This document shows positions 27,828 to 40,788 of a stretch of 64,000 nucleotides of DNA, one piece after another. The notes below the pieces were generated by a model, which ran no database searches, was not told where the DNA came from, and was given only the letters and a program-made list of their open reading frames with translations. Positions within the stretch are counted from its first letter, which is position 1; every line of letters starts with the position of its first letter. The stretch lies in assembly GCF_006345805.1 (NCBI RefSeq), contig NC_043003.1, positions 116,436,001 through 116,500,000 of the forward strand, given 5' to 3'. Position numbers and translations under genes: made by a program. Source of the stretch: Octopus sinensis (lineage: Eukaryota).

Positions 27828-28275
27828 TAATCTGTATTTTTGTTATTTTTTATTTGCCCTGTCCGTGTGAGCTAACGATCGTACTGACTTTCATGGGAAA
27901 CATGTATTTTCGTGGTTGAAACCTTTTGGATTAACTGGTGCTAGAGTGAGCCATATAGTGACCACTCTCTTATATTTATTTTGTAAAAATATTATAATAT
28001 GTTAAAATATATAATAATCCAGGTTTCTCGGAGCACTAGGCCACTTGTTTTGATAGATATACTATTAAATTAGTATCTAATTCTCTCACCCTTATTAATT
28101 AATTATAATTATGCTGCATTTATTTCTAAATGCTGTATTTGTTTTCCGTGAAAGTTTGGCGCGCTGTTAGTTGGGGCATTTGAATTATAACGTCGGATGT
28201 AATCAATTGAACCACACGCGTATTTATCGTTATGGTAAAATCTGGCGTGTGATTGAGTGGATTTCATCCAGATAG

Positions 28276-28356
28276 TTTTGGGACGAGCTACAAATGGATT
28301 TTTTTTGTAAGTAAAATTACATTTAATTCATTAATAGCGAAACAATTGTCCCAAAA
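28276..28356 (+). ncRNA. Hammerhead copy with damaged core (CT missing from CTGACGA)
   Basis: TTTTGGGACGAGCTA; 3' half intact. Confidence 0.5.
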
Positions 28357-28800
28357 TAATCTGTATTTTTGTTATTTTTTATTTGCCCTGTCCGTGTGAG
28401 CTAACGATCGTACTGACTTTCATGGGAACATGATTTTCGTGGTTGAAACCTTTTGGATTAACTGGTGCTAGAGTGAGCCATATAGTGACCACTCTCTTAT
28501 ATTATTTTGTAAAAATATATATATGTTATAAAATATTATAATAATCCAGGTTTCTCGGAGCACTAGGCCACTGGTGTTGAATAGATATACTATTAAATTA
28601 GTATCTAATTCTCTCACCTTATTAATTAATTATAATTATGCTGCATTTATTTCTAAATGCTGTATTTGTTTTCCGTGAAAGTTTGGCGCGCTGTTAGTTG
28701 GGGCATTTGAATTATAACGTCGGATGTAATCAATTGAACCACACGCGTATTTCGTTATGGTAAAATCTGGCGTGTGATTGAGTGGATTTCATCCAGATAG

Positions 28801-28883
28801 TTTTGGCTGACGAGCTACAAATGGATTTTTTTTTGTAAGTAAAATTACATTTAATTCATTAATAGCGAAACAATTGTCCAAAA
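28801..28883 (+). ncRNA. Hammerhead copy (core intact, one C missing after GTC)
   Basis: TTTTGGCTGACGAGCTA...TAGCGAAACAATTGTCCAAAA. Confidence 0.7.
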
Positions 28884-29330
28884 TAATCTGTATTTTTGTT
28901 ATTTTTTATTGCCCTGTCCGTGTGAGCTAACGATCGTACTGACTTTCATGGGAAACATGTTTTTCGTGGTTGAAACCTTTGGATTAACTGGTGCTAGAGT
29001 GAGCCATATAGTGACCACTCTCTTATATTTATTTTGTAAAAATATTATAATATGTTATAAAATATTATAATAATCCAGGTTTCTCGGAGCACTAGGCCAC
29101 TGGTGTTGAATAGATATACTATTAAATTAGTATCTAATTCTCTCACCCTTATTAATTAATTATAATTATGCTGCATTTATTTCTAAATGCTGTATTTGTT
29201 TTCCGTGAAAGTTTGGCGCGCTGTTAGTTGGGGCATTTGAATATAACGTCGGATGTAATCAATTGAACCACACGCGTATTTATCGTTATGGTAAAATCTG
29301 GCGTGTGATGAGTGGATTTCATCCAGATAG

Positions 29331-29412
29331 TTTTGGCTGACGAGCTACAAATGGATTTTTTTTTGTAAGTAAAATTACATTTAATTCATTAATAGCGAAA
29401 CAATTGTCCAAA
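29331..29412 (+). ncRNA. Hammerhead copy (core intact, stem I shortened)
   Basis: TTTTGGCTGACGAGCTA...TAGCGAAACAATTGTCCAAAT. Confidence 0.65.
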
Positions 29413-29859
29413 TAAATCTGTATTTTTGTTTTTTTATTTGCCTGTCCGTGTGAGCTAACGATCGTACTGACTTTCATGGGAAACATGTATTTTCGTGGTT
29501 GAAACCTTTTGGATTAACTGGTGCTAGAGTGAGCCATATAGTGACCACTCTCTTATATTTATTTTGTAAATATTATAATATGTTATAAAAATATTATAAT
29601 CAGGTTTCTCGGAGCACTAGGCCACTTGGTGTTGAATAGATATACTATTAAATTAGTATCTAATTCTCTCACCCTTATTAATTAATTATAATTATGCTGC
29701 ATTATTTCTAAATGCTGTATTTGTTTTCCGTGAAAGTTTGGCGCGCGTTAGTAGTTGGGGCATTTGAATTATAACGTCGGATGTAATCAATTGAACCACA
29801 CGCGTATTTATCGTTATGGTAAAATCTGGCGTGTGATTGAGTGGATTTCATCCAGATAG

Positions 29860-29942
29860 TTTTGGCTGACGAGCTACAAATGGATTTTTTTTGTAAGTAA
29901 AATTACATTTAATTCATTAATAGCGAAACAATTGTCCCAAAA
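29860..29942 (+). ncRNA. Type I hammerhead ribozyme (intact core)
   Basis: CTGACGA 29866-29872; GTC 29934-29936; CCAAAA 29937-29942. Confidence 0.88.
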
Positions 29943-30387
29943 TAATCTGTATTTTTGTTATTTTTTATTTGCCCTGTCCGTGTGAGCTAACGATCGTACT
30001 GACTTTCATGGGAAACATGTATTTTCGTGGTTGAAACCTTTGGATTAACTGGTGCTAGAGTGAGCCATATAGTGACCACTCTCTTATATTATTTTGTAAA
30101 AATATATAATATGTTATAAAATATTATAATAATCCAGGTTTCTCGGAGCACTAGGCCACTTGGTGTTGAATAGATATACTATTAAATAGTATCTAATTCT
30201 CTCCCCTTATTAATTAATTATAAATGCTGCATTTATTTCTAAATGCTGTATTTGTTTTCCGTGAAAGTTGGCGCGCTGTTAGTTGGGGCATTTGAATTAT
30301 AACGTCGGATGTAATCAATTGAACCACACGCGTATTTATCGTTATGGTAAAATCTGGCGTGTGATTGAGTGGATTTCATCCAGATAG

Positions 30388-30465
30388 TTTTGGGACTGAG
30401 CTACAAATGGATTTTTTTGTAAGAAATTACAATTAATTCATTAATAGCGAAACAATTGTCCCAAA
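30388..30465 (+). ncRNA. Hammerhead copy with damaged core
   Basis: TTTTGGGACTGAGCTA; GAAACAATTGTCCCAAA retained. Confidence 0.5.
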
Positions 30466-30910
30466 TAATCTGTTATTTGTTATTTTTTATTTGCCCTGTC
30501 CGTGAGCTAACGATCGTACTGACTTTCATGGGAAACATGTATTTCGTGGTTGAAACCTTTTGGATTAACTGGTGCTAGAGTGAGCCATATAGTGACCACT
30601 CTCTTATATTTATTTTGTAAAAATATTATATATGTTATAAAATATTATAATAATCCAGGTTTCTCGGAGCACTAGGCCACTTGGTGTTGAATAGATATAC
30701 TATTAATTAGTATCTAATTCTCTCACCCTTATTAATTAATTATAATTATGCTGCATTATTTCTAAATGCTGTATTGTTTTCCGTGAAAGTTTGGCGCGTT
30801 GTTAGTTGGGGCATTTGAATTATAACGTCGGATGTAATCAATTGAACCACACGCGTATTTATCGTTATGGTAAAATCTGGCGTGTGATTGAGTGGATTTC
30901 ATCCAGATAG

Positions 30911-30992
30911 TTTTGGCTGACGAGCTACAAATGGATTTTTTTTGTAAGTAAAATTACATTAATTCATTAATAGCGAAACAATTGTCCCAAAA
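30911..30992 (+). ncRNA. Type I hammerhead ribozyme (intact core)
   Basis: CTGACGA 30917-30923; GTC 30984-30986; CCAAAA 30987-30992. Confidence 0.88.
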
Positions 30993-31283
30993 TATTCTGT
31001 ATTTTTGTTATTTTTTATTTGCCCTGTCCGTGTGAGCTAACGATCGTACTGACTTTCATGGGAAACATGTATTTTCGTGGTTGAAACCTTTTGGATTAAC
31101 TGGTGCTAGAGTGAGCCATATAGTGACCACTCTCTTATATTTATTTTGTAAAAATATTATAATATGTTATAAAATATTATAATAATCCAGGTTTCTCGGA
31201 GCACTAGGCCACTTGGTGTTGAATAGATATACTATTAAATTAGTATCAATTCTCTCACCCTTATTAATTAATTATATATATAT

Positions 31284-31318
<35 letters not shown>

Positions 31319-31429
31319 TTTTATTAGAAAAAATAAGATATTCAGAGACCTGGATATATGTACATATACAAATATTTATTAACATATCATATGTTTTTAC
31401 AAATCACACTCTAATAGATTCTTCAAATT

Positions 31430-31473
<44 letters not shown>

Positions 31474-31649
31474 TACATTCATATATACGGTCATGAATAC
31501 ATATATATATATATATGAATAAATGAAAGAATGGAGTCGAACGAAGATGTTAACAAGATTCCTTTACTTACTCTGACGTGAATTTGCTACCCAGGTTTCG
31601 GTTAAACGAAGTTTCCATGCTGACGATAAACATAGGATAATTCATTCAC

Positions 31650-31697
<48 letters not shown>

Positions 31698-31849
31698 TAT
31701 ATTAGTATATGATTGAACTTCCAAGTAGTTTTATATATATATGTGTGTGAGTGTGTGTGTGTGTGTGTCGGTGTGTATAACATTACCATTTGATTAGGAG
31801 GAGGAGTTACAGACTTACAATTTAGAGGATAATTAGAAGTTCGTACGGG

Positions 31850-34423
31850 ACAACTTGCTACGAGGCACAGGCCAAATCAGTGGTTGTTGCAAGGCTTCTA
31901 CCTGACCTAGAGTGATGTTGTGGTGGTGGAACAGTACAGTTGACAGTGCTTGGAAGGACTGGAACGGTGGCGGTAACGGGGTGAATAAGAAAGAAAGAAA
32001 TTTGACAATGTTATGCAGTGTGACAAGCGGCGGCGTAAAGTGTTTCGGCGGCGAGATGGTAGAATCGTTAGCACGCTGAGCGTAATGCTTAGCAGTATTT
32101 CGTCTGCGGTTACGTTCTGAGTTCAAATTCCGCCGAGGTCGACTTTGCCTTTCATTCTTTCGGGGTCGATTAAATAAGTACCAGTTACGCACAGGGGTCG
32201 ATATAATCGACTTAATCCGTTTGTCTGTCCTTGTTTGTCCTCTCTGTGTTTAGCCCCTTGTGGGTAGTAAAGAAATAGTAAAGTGTTTCGGCTTACATGA
32301 CAGTGTGCCAGGGAAATTTGAGATATTGTTGGTGAGAAGTATGTTAGGGTCTCTGCAAGGAAAGAGGTTGTTTAAAAGTGTCACTATGAGAGGCTACTAA
32401 ATGTAGAGACAGCATAGGAGAAAAAGTGTCTGCCTATTGTGGATCCAACAGAGGGACCAGCAATCCAAATATACAGTAGCATGGTAGATAAGGCCATGAA
32501 GGATATCAAGACCAGAGAAGCTCCTGGCCCCTCAGGAATCACCGTTGGGTTGCTAAAAAAATCAGGTGGTGTGGGTGATGGCCTAATCACCCACACAGCT
32601 AACCAGGTTGTACACGAGTGAGTCACACCCAATGGCTGGTGTAGCAGCATTATAATCAACTGCTACAAAGGTAAATGTGACGCTTGAGATAGATATAATT
32701 ACAGAGACATCAAAGTGTTGGATCAGGCGATGAGAGCTATGGAGAGGGTCTTAGACCAACTAATTGGGAAGATATTTAGTCTAGATGAAATGCAGTTGGT
32801 TTTGTACCAGAGAGAAGTACCACTGATGCTATATTTCTGGTAAGGCAGCTGTAACAGAAGCATCTAGCTAAAATTATACCTCTGTACTTGGCATTTATTG
32901 ACATGGAGAAATCCTTTGATAGGGTTCTCCGCTCCCTTATCTCGTGGACAAAGCGGAAACTAGGGATAGAGGAGTAGCTGGTGAGAACTATACAAGACAT
33001 ATACAGGGTCGCTGTGAGGAAAGTGTGGGTTGGCAACGAGTATAGCGATGAAATCTGGATACAAGTAGGAGTTCACCAAGATCAGTCCTCAGCCGTCTCT
33101 TGTTCATCATAGTCTTCCAGGCAATAATAGGGGCATTTAATATGGACTGCCCTTGGAAGCTCCTTTCTGCTGATAATCTTGTTCACATAGCGGAACCACT
33201 TCCAGAACTAGAGAAGAAATTTCAAGTGTGGAAGCAAGATCTAGAATCAAAGGGCCTTAGTGTTAATCTAGCAAAAACCAAAGCCTTAGTAAGTAGGAAA
33301 GTGGACTAATCACAAATACCGTGAGGCAGATTGCCCTGCTCCATCTGTAGAAGAGGTGGAGGTAGACATTCCATAAGATATACCCGGTGCAAACTATGTA
33401 TATATAAAGGGTGCAGCGACATGAGAGGAATGTTAACAGACAAAATCGTTTTTGTGTTGGCAGATACACAGTTACAACAAACACTAAAGAAAATAGACTC
33501 CATCCGATGGTGGGGTGGTACTAGAAGTAGTTGATAGCTTCCATTAACTGGATGACCAAGTCAGTCATGGAGGTGGATGCTCTGAGAGCGTAGCTGATAG
33601 AATAAAAATGGGCTGGGCAATGTTCTGAGAGTTTCTACTTCTGTTGGTAACAAAGGGGCTCTCCCTCAGATTGCAAGGTAGACTGTATGATGCGTGTGTG
33701 CGAACAGCTGTGCTCCATGGCAGTGAAACTTGGGGTGTGACTGCAGAGGACACGCGAAGGCTTGACAGAAATAAAGCCAGTATGTTTTATTTCTTTGAGC
33801 AATGTCTGTGTGCATGGGTGACAGAGAGTAAATGCATTGAGAGAAAAACTGGGCACCAGAAGCATCAGATGTTGAGTGCAAGAGACATGAATGCACTGGT
33901 ATGGTCATATGAGGCATATGGACGAAGACAGTTGTGTAAAGAAGTTCTGATCTCGAACTGTGGAAAGAACCTGTGGAAGAGGTAAACCCAGGAAGACATG
34001 AGGCGAGGTGGTGAAGCACGATCTTTCAATGTTGGGCCTAATGGAGGTGATCACATGTGACCGAATCCTTTGGAGTCATGCTGCGCTTGAGAAGACTGGT
34101 CAAACCAAGTGAAATCGTAGTCGTGGCCGTTGCCAATTTCATGTGAATGGCACCCGTGAAAGCGAAATCGTGACCGTTGCTTGTGTCATGTAGATGGCCC
34201 GTGGCACGTAAAAAGCATCCATTACACTCTTGGAGTCGTTGGTGTTAGGAAGAGCAACCAGCCGTAGAATCCATGCCAAATCAGACTGGAACGTGGTGCA
34301 GGTCTCCGGCTTACCAGTTCCACTCAAACTCTCTAACTCATGCCATCATGGAAAGCGGGCGTAAAACGATTATAATGATAAAGATGAAGATGAGGATGAC
34401 GATGACGATGATGACGATGATGA
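31850..34423 (+). mobile_element. Decayed 5'-truncated RTE-like LINE (RT domain to 3' tail)
   Basis: RT motifs across frames in order: EAPGPSGI, YRDIKVLDQAM, GFVPERSTTDAIF, FIDMEKSFDRV, GVHQ.SVLS, LLSADNLV (YADD box), LYDACVRTAVLHGSETW. Ends in (GAT)n at ~34385-34423. The 5' boundary is approximate. Confidence 0.85.
32047..32277 (+). mobile_element. SINE family A inserted in the RTE LINE
   Basis: TSD GTAAAGTGTTTCGGC at 32035-32049 and 32278-32292. Confidence 0.9.
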
Positions 34424-35917
34424 TATAATTTATGTGCATATCATGCATGTATTATGTATGTATGTACGCATGCATGCATACATGTATGCATGCATGTATG
34501 TATGTATGTATGTATGTATGTATGTATGTATGTATGTATGTATGTATGTATGTATATAAAAGTACGGGATATAGGGAAATTTTCGCGGTGGAAAATTGAC
34601 GACATGAGAGGCGTGCCATCTAGACAAAGAAGTTGCTACAAAAAGTAAAGTGAGAGCAATTATGGTGGGGCAAATAAGAACGAAAAACAAAGCAATGTAT
34701 TTAAGAACACAAAACAATGTTTAAGAACACAGAGGCAAACAAAACTATGTGTTTAAGAAGCTCAAAATGCGAAGAGTAAAAAGACTACGTAAATTCTTTA
34801 ACAACCCCGCAAAGAACGTATGTATCCGACATTGCTACTATTAATTTTTCCCCACTTAAGCGCTCACCAAGAACTCTTGACCATATAGTGTTTTATTCAA
34901 ACCGATTTACATTGAATTCCATTGTTCAAGACAACGGAAATATACCAAAATATGTGTGTGTGTGCGATTTGAGAACGATTTATTTGCTGTTTTTTTTTTA
35001 GTTAGGATGTAGAACAAGGCACAAGAGTAATATGGTTGTGCAAATAGAAAATAACTTTTTAACTTGCAGCCTCGATCCCAAATCTTTTTCTAGGATATCT
35101 CTTTGGGGTTGAACTGTTTTTTAGAGCATATATGAAATTTCTTTGATGTTTTTCGCACGCCCGTTACTAGTTCCATGTTTAAGACTCGAAAGTTTAATGC
35201 CATTTTGTGTTTTAGCAACAAAATATAAGCTTGTGTCACCTTCCCTGATGATAGATCAACATCTTTAGGGACTTGTATTTGACCAGGCATAATGACTGCC
35301 TATTTCGATGGAAGGAAATCACGAAGGTAGGTTGTTGCAATTCCCGTGTTTATTAAAATTTCATTTCGATGTACGTTAGCGGCAAGTTTATTATTCATTA
35401 TTCTGCACAGCCTGTTTCGCATGCACAATATTAATTTAATTGTAAACCACTGACGAAGTGGTAAATTAATGACGATAACTATAACTGACAGCCAGCTCCT
35501 GCAAGGGCTCTTACTCAACAATTTTAATTGTAGAACTTAATTGCACATTGACTCAATCCATTCACATTCACATTGAACCTCAAATGCCTAATGGCTACAA
35601 GTAGTGTTTGTATACATCGCAGTAATTAGTCTTCTCTCTCAGGACCTCATACAATAGAAACAGCGTATTACATTCTAAAACTCCCAAACCACACACTTCT
35701 TATTAGAATATGCTGATTATTTCAACAGAATATATTTTGCCACTCTGCCATGTTGGCACAGATTTAATTCTTTGAAGCAAACGATTCTCTTTTCTTTTCA
35801 TTTGATTGTGGCTTAGTTACAGGATCCCTTTCTACTTCGATGACTTAATCAGTGGAGCAGTATCCATGATGTTTTGTGGGACCATCGGAAATGGTAAGAG
35901 ATGTCGTGGAGTTGGTG

Positions 35918-36300
35918 GAAGCACTCCGTCGGTTACGACGACGAGGGTTCCGGTTGATCCGAATCAACGGAACAGCCTGCTCGTGAAATTAACGTGTAAG
36001 TGGCTGAGCACTCCACAGACACGTGTACCCTCAACGTAGTTCTCGGGGATATTCAGCGTGACACAGAGAGTGACAAGGCCGGCCCTTTGAAATACAGGTA
36101 CAACAGAAACAGGAAGAAAGAGTGAGAGAAAGTTGTGGTTAAAGAGTACAGTAGGGATCACCACCATCCCCTGCCGGAGTCTCGTGGAGCTTTTAGGTGT
36201 TTTCGCTCAATAAACACTCACAACCCCCGGTCTGGGAATCGAAACCGCGATCCTACGACCGCGAGTCCGCTGCCCTAACCACTGGGCCATTGCGCCTCCA
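35918..36300 (-). mobile_element. tRNA-derived SINE family C
   Basis: Minus-strand head GGAGGCGCAATGGCCCAGTGGTTAGGGCAGCGGACTCGCGG, B box GTTTCGATTCC. TSD GTGGAGTTGGTG at 35906-35917 and 36304-36315. Confidence 0.9.
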
Positions 36301-36862
36301 CGAGTGGAGTTGGTGCTAGTGGGTTTGCTCATGACGTTATTGCTGCTATTTCCAGCAGATGTGCACCACGTTGTCCATCGGGTGTCTGTAAATAGGTTGA
36401 TTCAGCTTTAGGCACCAAGCAGACTGCTGCCTGATGAATTCGAAACGTTGACGAACAAGTTAATTTCCTATGATTTGCGAGTTGAGGTATGCATTGCTTC
36501 CTAAACTGTTTCCCGCCACTAGTATATCATCTCTGTTATATACATATTAAGAGGTATGTCAAACAATGCCAGTCAAAATCAACTCCTATTTTAACACGAA
36601 GAGATCTCCCCGACGAATTCATTCTGTACAACCCATATCGGTATAAATACTTCCATAACGTGCCCATTGTACAGGATCTTTGCTTAAAATCAGAATGCAT
36701 GTTTTCAATTAAAATTATCTTTATCTATACGGCCAGGTAATTAATGGCTGCCTCTTTGCAATTTAATAACGTAGCTGTATATATACATATATAAAAGAAA
36801 GTTCCTATATATATATACATACATATATATATATACATACATACATACATACATACATACAT

Positions 36863-36895
<33 letters not shown>

Positions 36896-37337
36896 GATAT
36901 ATATATATATATTGTAATGAATAAAGCTGTACATCTGAGGAAGCGTAAGACGAAGTTCACGCCCACCATTATCAATACAACAGATAAGGATAAATGATTT
37001 GATATTTGTCACTCACAGGAACGATGACCTGCATACATGACAGTCTTTAAACTTGGATAGTGTTAGATCGTTTTCCAAAACCAATAAGAAAAATCATTCG
37101 ACTCAAGCTTATATACACCGGTAACAGAGTTGATACTAGTATGCAATCGTTCATGAAGAGTATATGTTGCAACCGCAATAAACTGATGCTGAGAACCTAG
37201 ACAAACGAAGGAATCTATGTGTTTGTAAAAGGCCTACATTTTATAAGTAATCGGAAGAATTGTAATAACGTGTCACTCAATGCCCCACGATATAATATCC
37301 TCTACTACAGACAAAATATCCTGAATGAACTATTGTG

Positions 37338-37720
37338 TGGAAGCACTCCATCGGTTACGACGACGAGGGTTCCGGTTGATCCGATCAACGGAACAGCCTG
37401 CTCGTGAAATTAACGTGTAAGTGGCTGAGCACTCCACAGATACGTGTACCCTTAACGTAATTCTCGGGGATATTTAGCGTGACACAGAGAGTAACAAGGC
37501 CGGCCCTTTGAAATACAGGTACAACAGAAACAGGAAGTAAGAGTGAGAGAAAGTTGTGGTGAAAGAGTACAGCAGGGATCACCACCATCCCTGCCGGAGC
37601 CTCGTGGACCTTTTAGGTGTTTTCGCTCAGTAAACACTCACAACGCCCGGTCTGGGAATCGAAACCGCGATCCTACGACCGCGAGTCCGCTGCTCTAACC
37701 ACTGGGTCATTGCGCCTCCA
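37338..37720 (-). mobile_element. SINE family C
   Basis: Near-identical to 35918-36300; imperfect TSD GAACTATT.TG. Confidence 0.9.
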
Positions 37721-37869
37721 AACGAACTATTATGAACTGGGCCTATCCCCTGAACAATTTGAAACTCTGAACGAGCTCATGTTTTGGAAATATGTGTATT
37801 TAGAGATATATCTTTCAGCCAGGATCAAGTTTGTCAAAAGCAGATAGCAACCTATCTTTAAGGCTGTCA

Positions 37870-38040
37870 GGCGCAGGAGTGGCTGTGTGGTAAGCAGCTT
37901 GATTAAAACCCACATGGTTCCGGTTTCAGTCTCACTGCGTGGCACCTTGGGCAAGTGTCTTCTACTATAGCCTCGGGCCGACCAAAGCCTTGTGAGTGGA
38001 TTTGGTAGACGGAAACTGAAAGAAGCCCGTCGTATATATG

Positions 38041-38091
<51 letters not shown>

Positions 38092-38303
38092 CTGTCTGTG
38101 TCTGTATGTGTGTGTGTGTTTGTCCCCCCAACATCGCTTGACAACCGATGCTGGTGTGTTTACGTCCCCGTAACTTAGCGGTTCGGCAAAACACACCGAT
38201 AGAATAAGTACTAGGCTTCCAAAGAATAAGTTCTGGGGTCGATTTGCCCGACTAAAGGCGGTGCTCCAGCATGGCCGCAGTCAAATGACTGAAACAAGTA
38301 AAA
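37870..38303 (+). mobile_element. CORE-like SINE family B with internal microsatellite
   Basis: GGCGCAGGAGTGGCTGTGTGGTAAG head, CACCTTGGGCAAGTGTCTT core, (TG)n middle, AATGACTGAAACAAGTAAAA tail. Confidence 0.9.
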
Positions 38304-40205
38304 CAGCAATCTACAGGTTGTCAATGATCCACAGGCTGTCAACAAACTTCATATGACTTAATGGCGGTGCACTTTGAATTTTTGTGATGTGCAAATTGAC
38401 AGTAAGTTTCTTGATGCAATTAATTTGGTCTGTTTAAGTTGAAATACTACACCCAAGTTTTGTTACCAATTGCTGAGATTGTAAACAAGATAACAACAGT
38501 AAGTTGCCTCTTCGGTTTCGAAGTTCAATGTTCTCTTGTCTCATAAACACGTAAATGGTCGAACATTTCACAATCGAATGTAGTTATCGAGCAAAATGAT
38601 CGTGGGAGTAACAAAGGTGGACCTCTAATTTTTTAGTACAGTTCATGGGAAAGGGATTCTACGGATGTTATGTCCAAAAAATCTCACTCCAAATGCATTG
38701 GTAGACACTCTGATACGGTAAAAGACACCTTCATAGGTTACTATGCATTGAGATCGAAACTGTAACTTCAGACTTCAACCGCCTGGAACGACATCAAGAA
38801 AAATATCTGATTTTATATGCAGACAGGAATCATAATTGGGAATGCACGAATATTTATCGATCACCTTGATCCAAATTTTATCATTAAAAAAACAAAAACA
38901 ACCTCGTTGATAGAATTACATTCAGAACCCAAATTTTATCTCTAAAATGCTTTCAATTCTCCTAAATTTGTAATCCAAAATCAAGGTTTACCATTAATTT
39001 TCCCTTCATTCATTATAATCTCCGCTTCCCAATCAGCTGTTTTCAAAATATGCTTCCGAAACCCATGATTTGTTGATCTGCTAATTAGAAATCTTATGTA
39101 CATAGAAAGCAAAATAACATTAAAACTTTCGTCAGACCCAGTTTTGAAACAAAAACATTGTGAAATGAAGACGGTACTTCGGTATATTTATTGGGAGGAT
39201 GAGACAAACTAGAGATTTAAAGAACTAAATGTACACACATGCACACATGCACACACACGTACGTATACAGACTGAGCGTATATATATATATATGTACACG
39301 CACTATATATATGCACTTTGTATATGTTATTTGTATGTGTATGTATGATTGTTGTATAGTATGTAAATAAATGTGCATACTTATACATGTGGCGAGAGAA
39401 GGGAGTGTGGGTGTGCGTGATTTTCTAACAGAGAATGGAATCATTTTAATTAGGCTGAGTAAATTAGACATCTAAAATCATTTAAGAAACGTCCGCAATC
39501 AGGCATTAATTTCAAAGTTATCGGATTACGGAAGCCTGTTATAATTCCATTCATCTTAACAGCGTGCAAACAAGGTTGATTGGCTGTATTTACTGAAACC
39601 GCGTAGATACTCCTTCTAATTATTGGTTTTCTAACGTAACAAACGTTCTTCAGATTTACAACAGCGCGAAGAGAGACATGAATTGTTAAATGAATTTATT
39701 TCTTCATTGCTTCGCTTGTGACCATTTCAGAAATACAAGCAAGCCTCCTAGTAAAAAAAAACTAAACTAATGGTGTTTCTTCATTCATTATCGTATTTTC
39801 TTTAAGCCTTTTATGCATTAGTGTGTATGTATATTATAGCATGTATATATTCTTTTATACGTGATCGAGTATGTGAAAATATATGGAGTTCAGCATATGT
39901 TTTGGCTATAAGAAATTCTATTGTATTTAATACCTTCAGTCAGAATTTTTATGTCTGTTATTAAACAATCACTTGTGGCAAATTCTAGATTGCAATGTTC
40001 TATGCTTCTCTAGCCACCTCGCTAATGATAAATTAAACACAGTAATAAACCAGTAAATTGTAAAACTAATGTATTTCTTATTCAAATGTGTCCTTAAGAA
40101 CTTGGACCATTAAATTAACAAATATATTTCCTGTACTTTTTTTCAGTCTTATATGCCTACCTGCCTGCCTGCTGCTAGCTTTCTCTATCTGTATATATAT
40201 CTATA

Positions 40206-40716
40206 TCTATATATACAAAACTGTAGTTGTGTGAGTGTCTGTCCCCTTCGATTTAGATTCCTAACTACTCCCACATTTTGCGGTGCAGTTTAACCAAATT
40301 CGGGTATCTTATAGTCGTGATTCATATCGACCCGTCTGAGTATTAGCGCGCGTCTACGATGAGTCTACGATTTAAAAAATAATTTAACATCATTTTTTAT
40401 TCCATTTTAATGCATAATTTTTCGTGTGTCGATGGCGGCGGAGTTGGCGTCCATGGTCACACCTGCACCTGTTTGCTTCTCCCCCTTCTTCCTTCCCTCG
40501 TGAAGCTGTGGGGAAGGGAGTGTAAGGAAATCAACGTCGTAAAGCGTTGTCAAGGAGACCAGCGTTCTTTTAGAACAACGACTTCATGGCTTGAAGACAC
40601 CAAAACAGAAATGACTAAGAAAGCCCGAATTGGCATCTATAAGGGAAGTAACTCTCTAAAAATGCTTATATAGTTATTTCCCTTACAAACCCGAGCAACG
40701 CCGGGCGATACTGCTA

Positions 40717-40717
<1 letters not shown>
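40206..40717 (+). mobile_element. Non-autonomous Helitron with a distinct internal segment
   Basis: Same 5' region and CCCGAGCAACGCCGGG..CTAG|T end as 17985-18378; ~40422-40636 is not found in the sibling copies. Confidence 0.85.

Positions 40718-40788
<71 letters not shown>

Larger units (their letters stand above)
25201..31276. mobile_element. Hammerhead-ribozyme tandem array (retrozyme or Penelope-like non-autonomous element), ~11.4 units of ~530-540 bp
   Basis: About 2.1 units on the minus strand (25201-26325) head-to-head with about 9.3 units on the plus strand (26326-31276). Each full unit has a hammerhead site. No ORF >=60 aa lies wholly within the array. (TA)n on both flanks. Confidence 0.85.

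Noticed and set aside
25201-31276. CRISPR array, rDNA/5S repeat or coding tandem repeat
   Set aside because: No variable spacers, no rRNA or tRNA motifs, no internal ORFs; eukaryotic context.
35300-35600. TAAT/TGACAG-rich unique stretch as an enhancer
   Set aside because: Such motifs are expected by chance in AT-rich DNA; needs conservation data.
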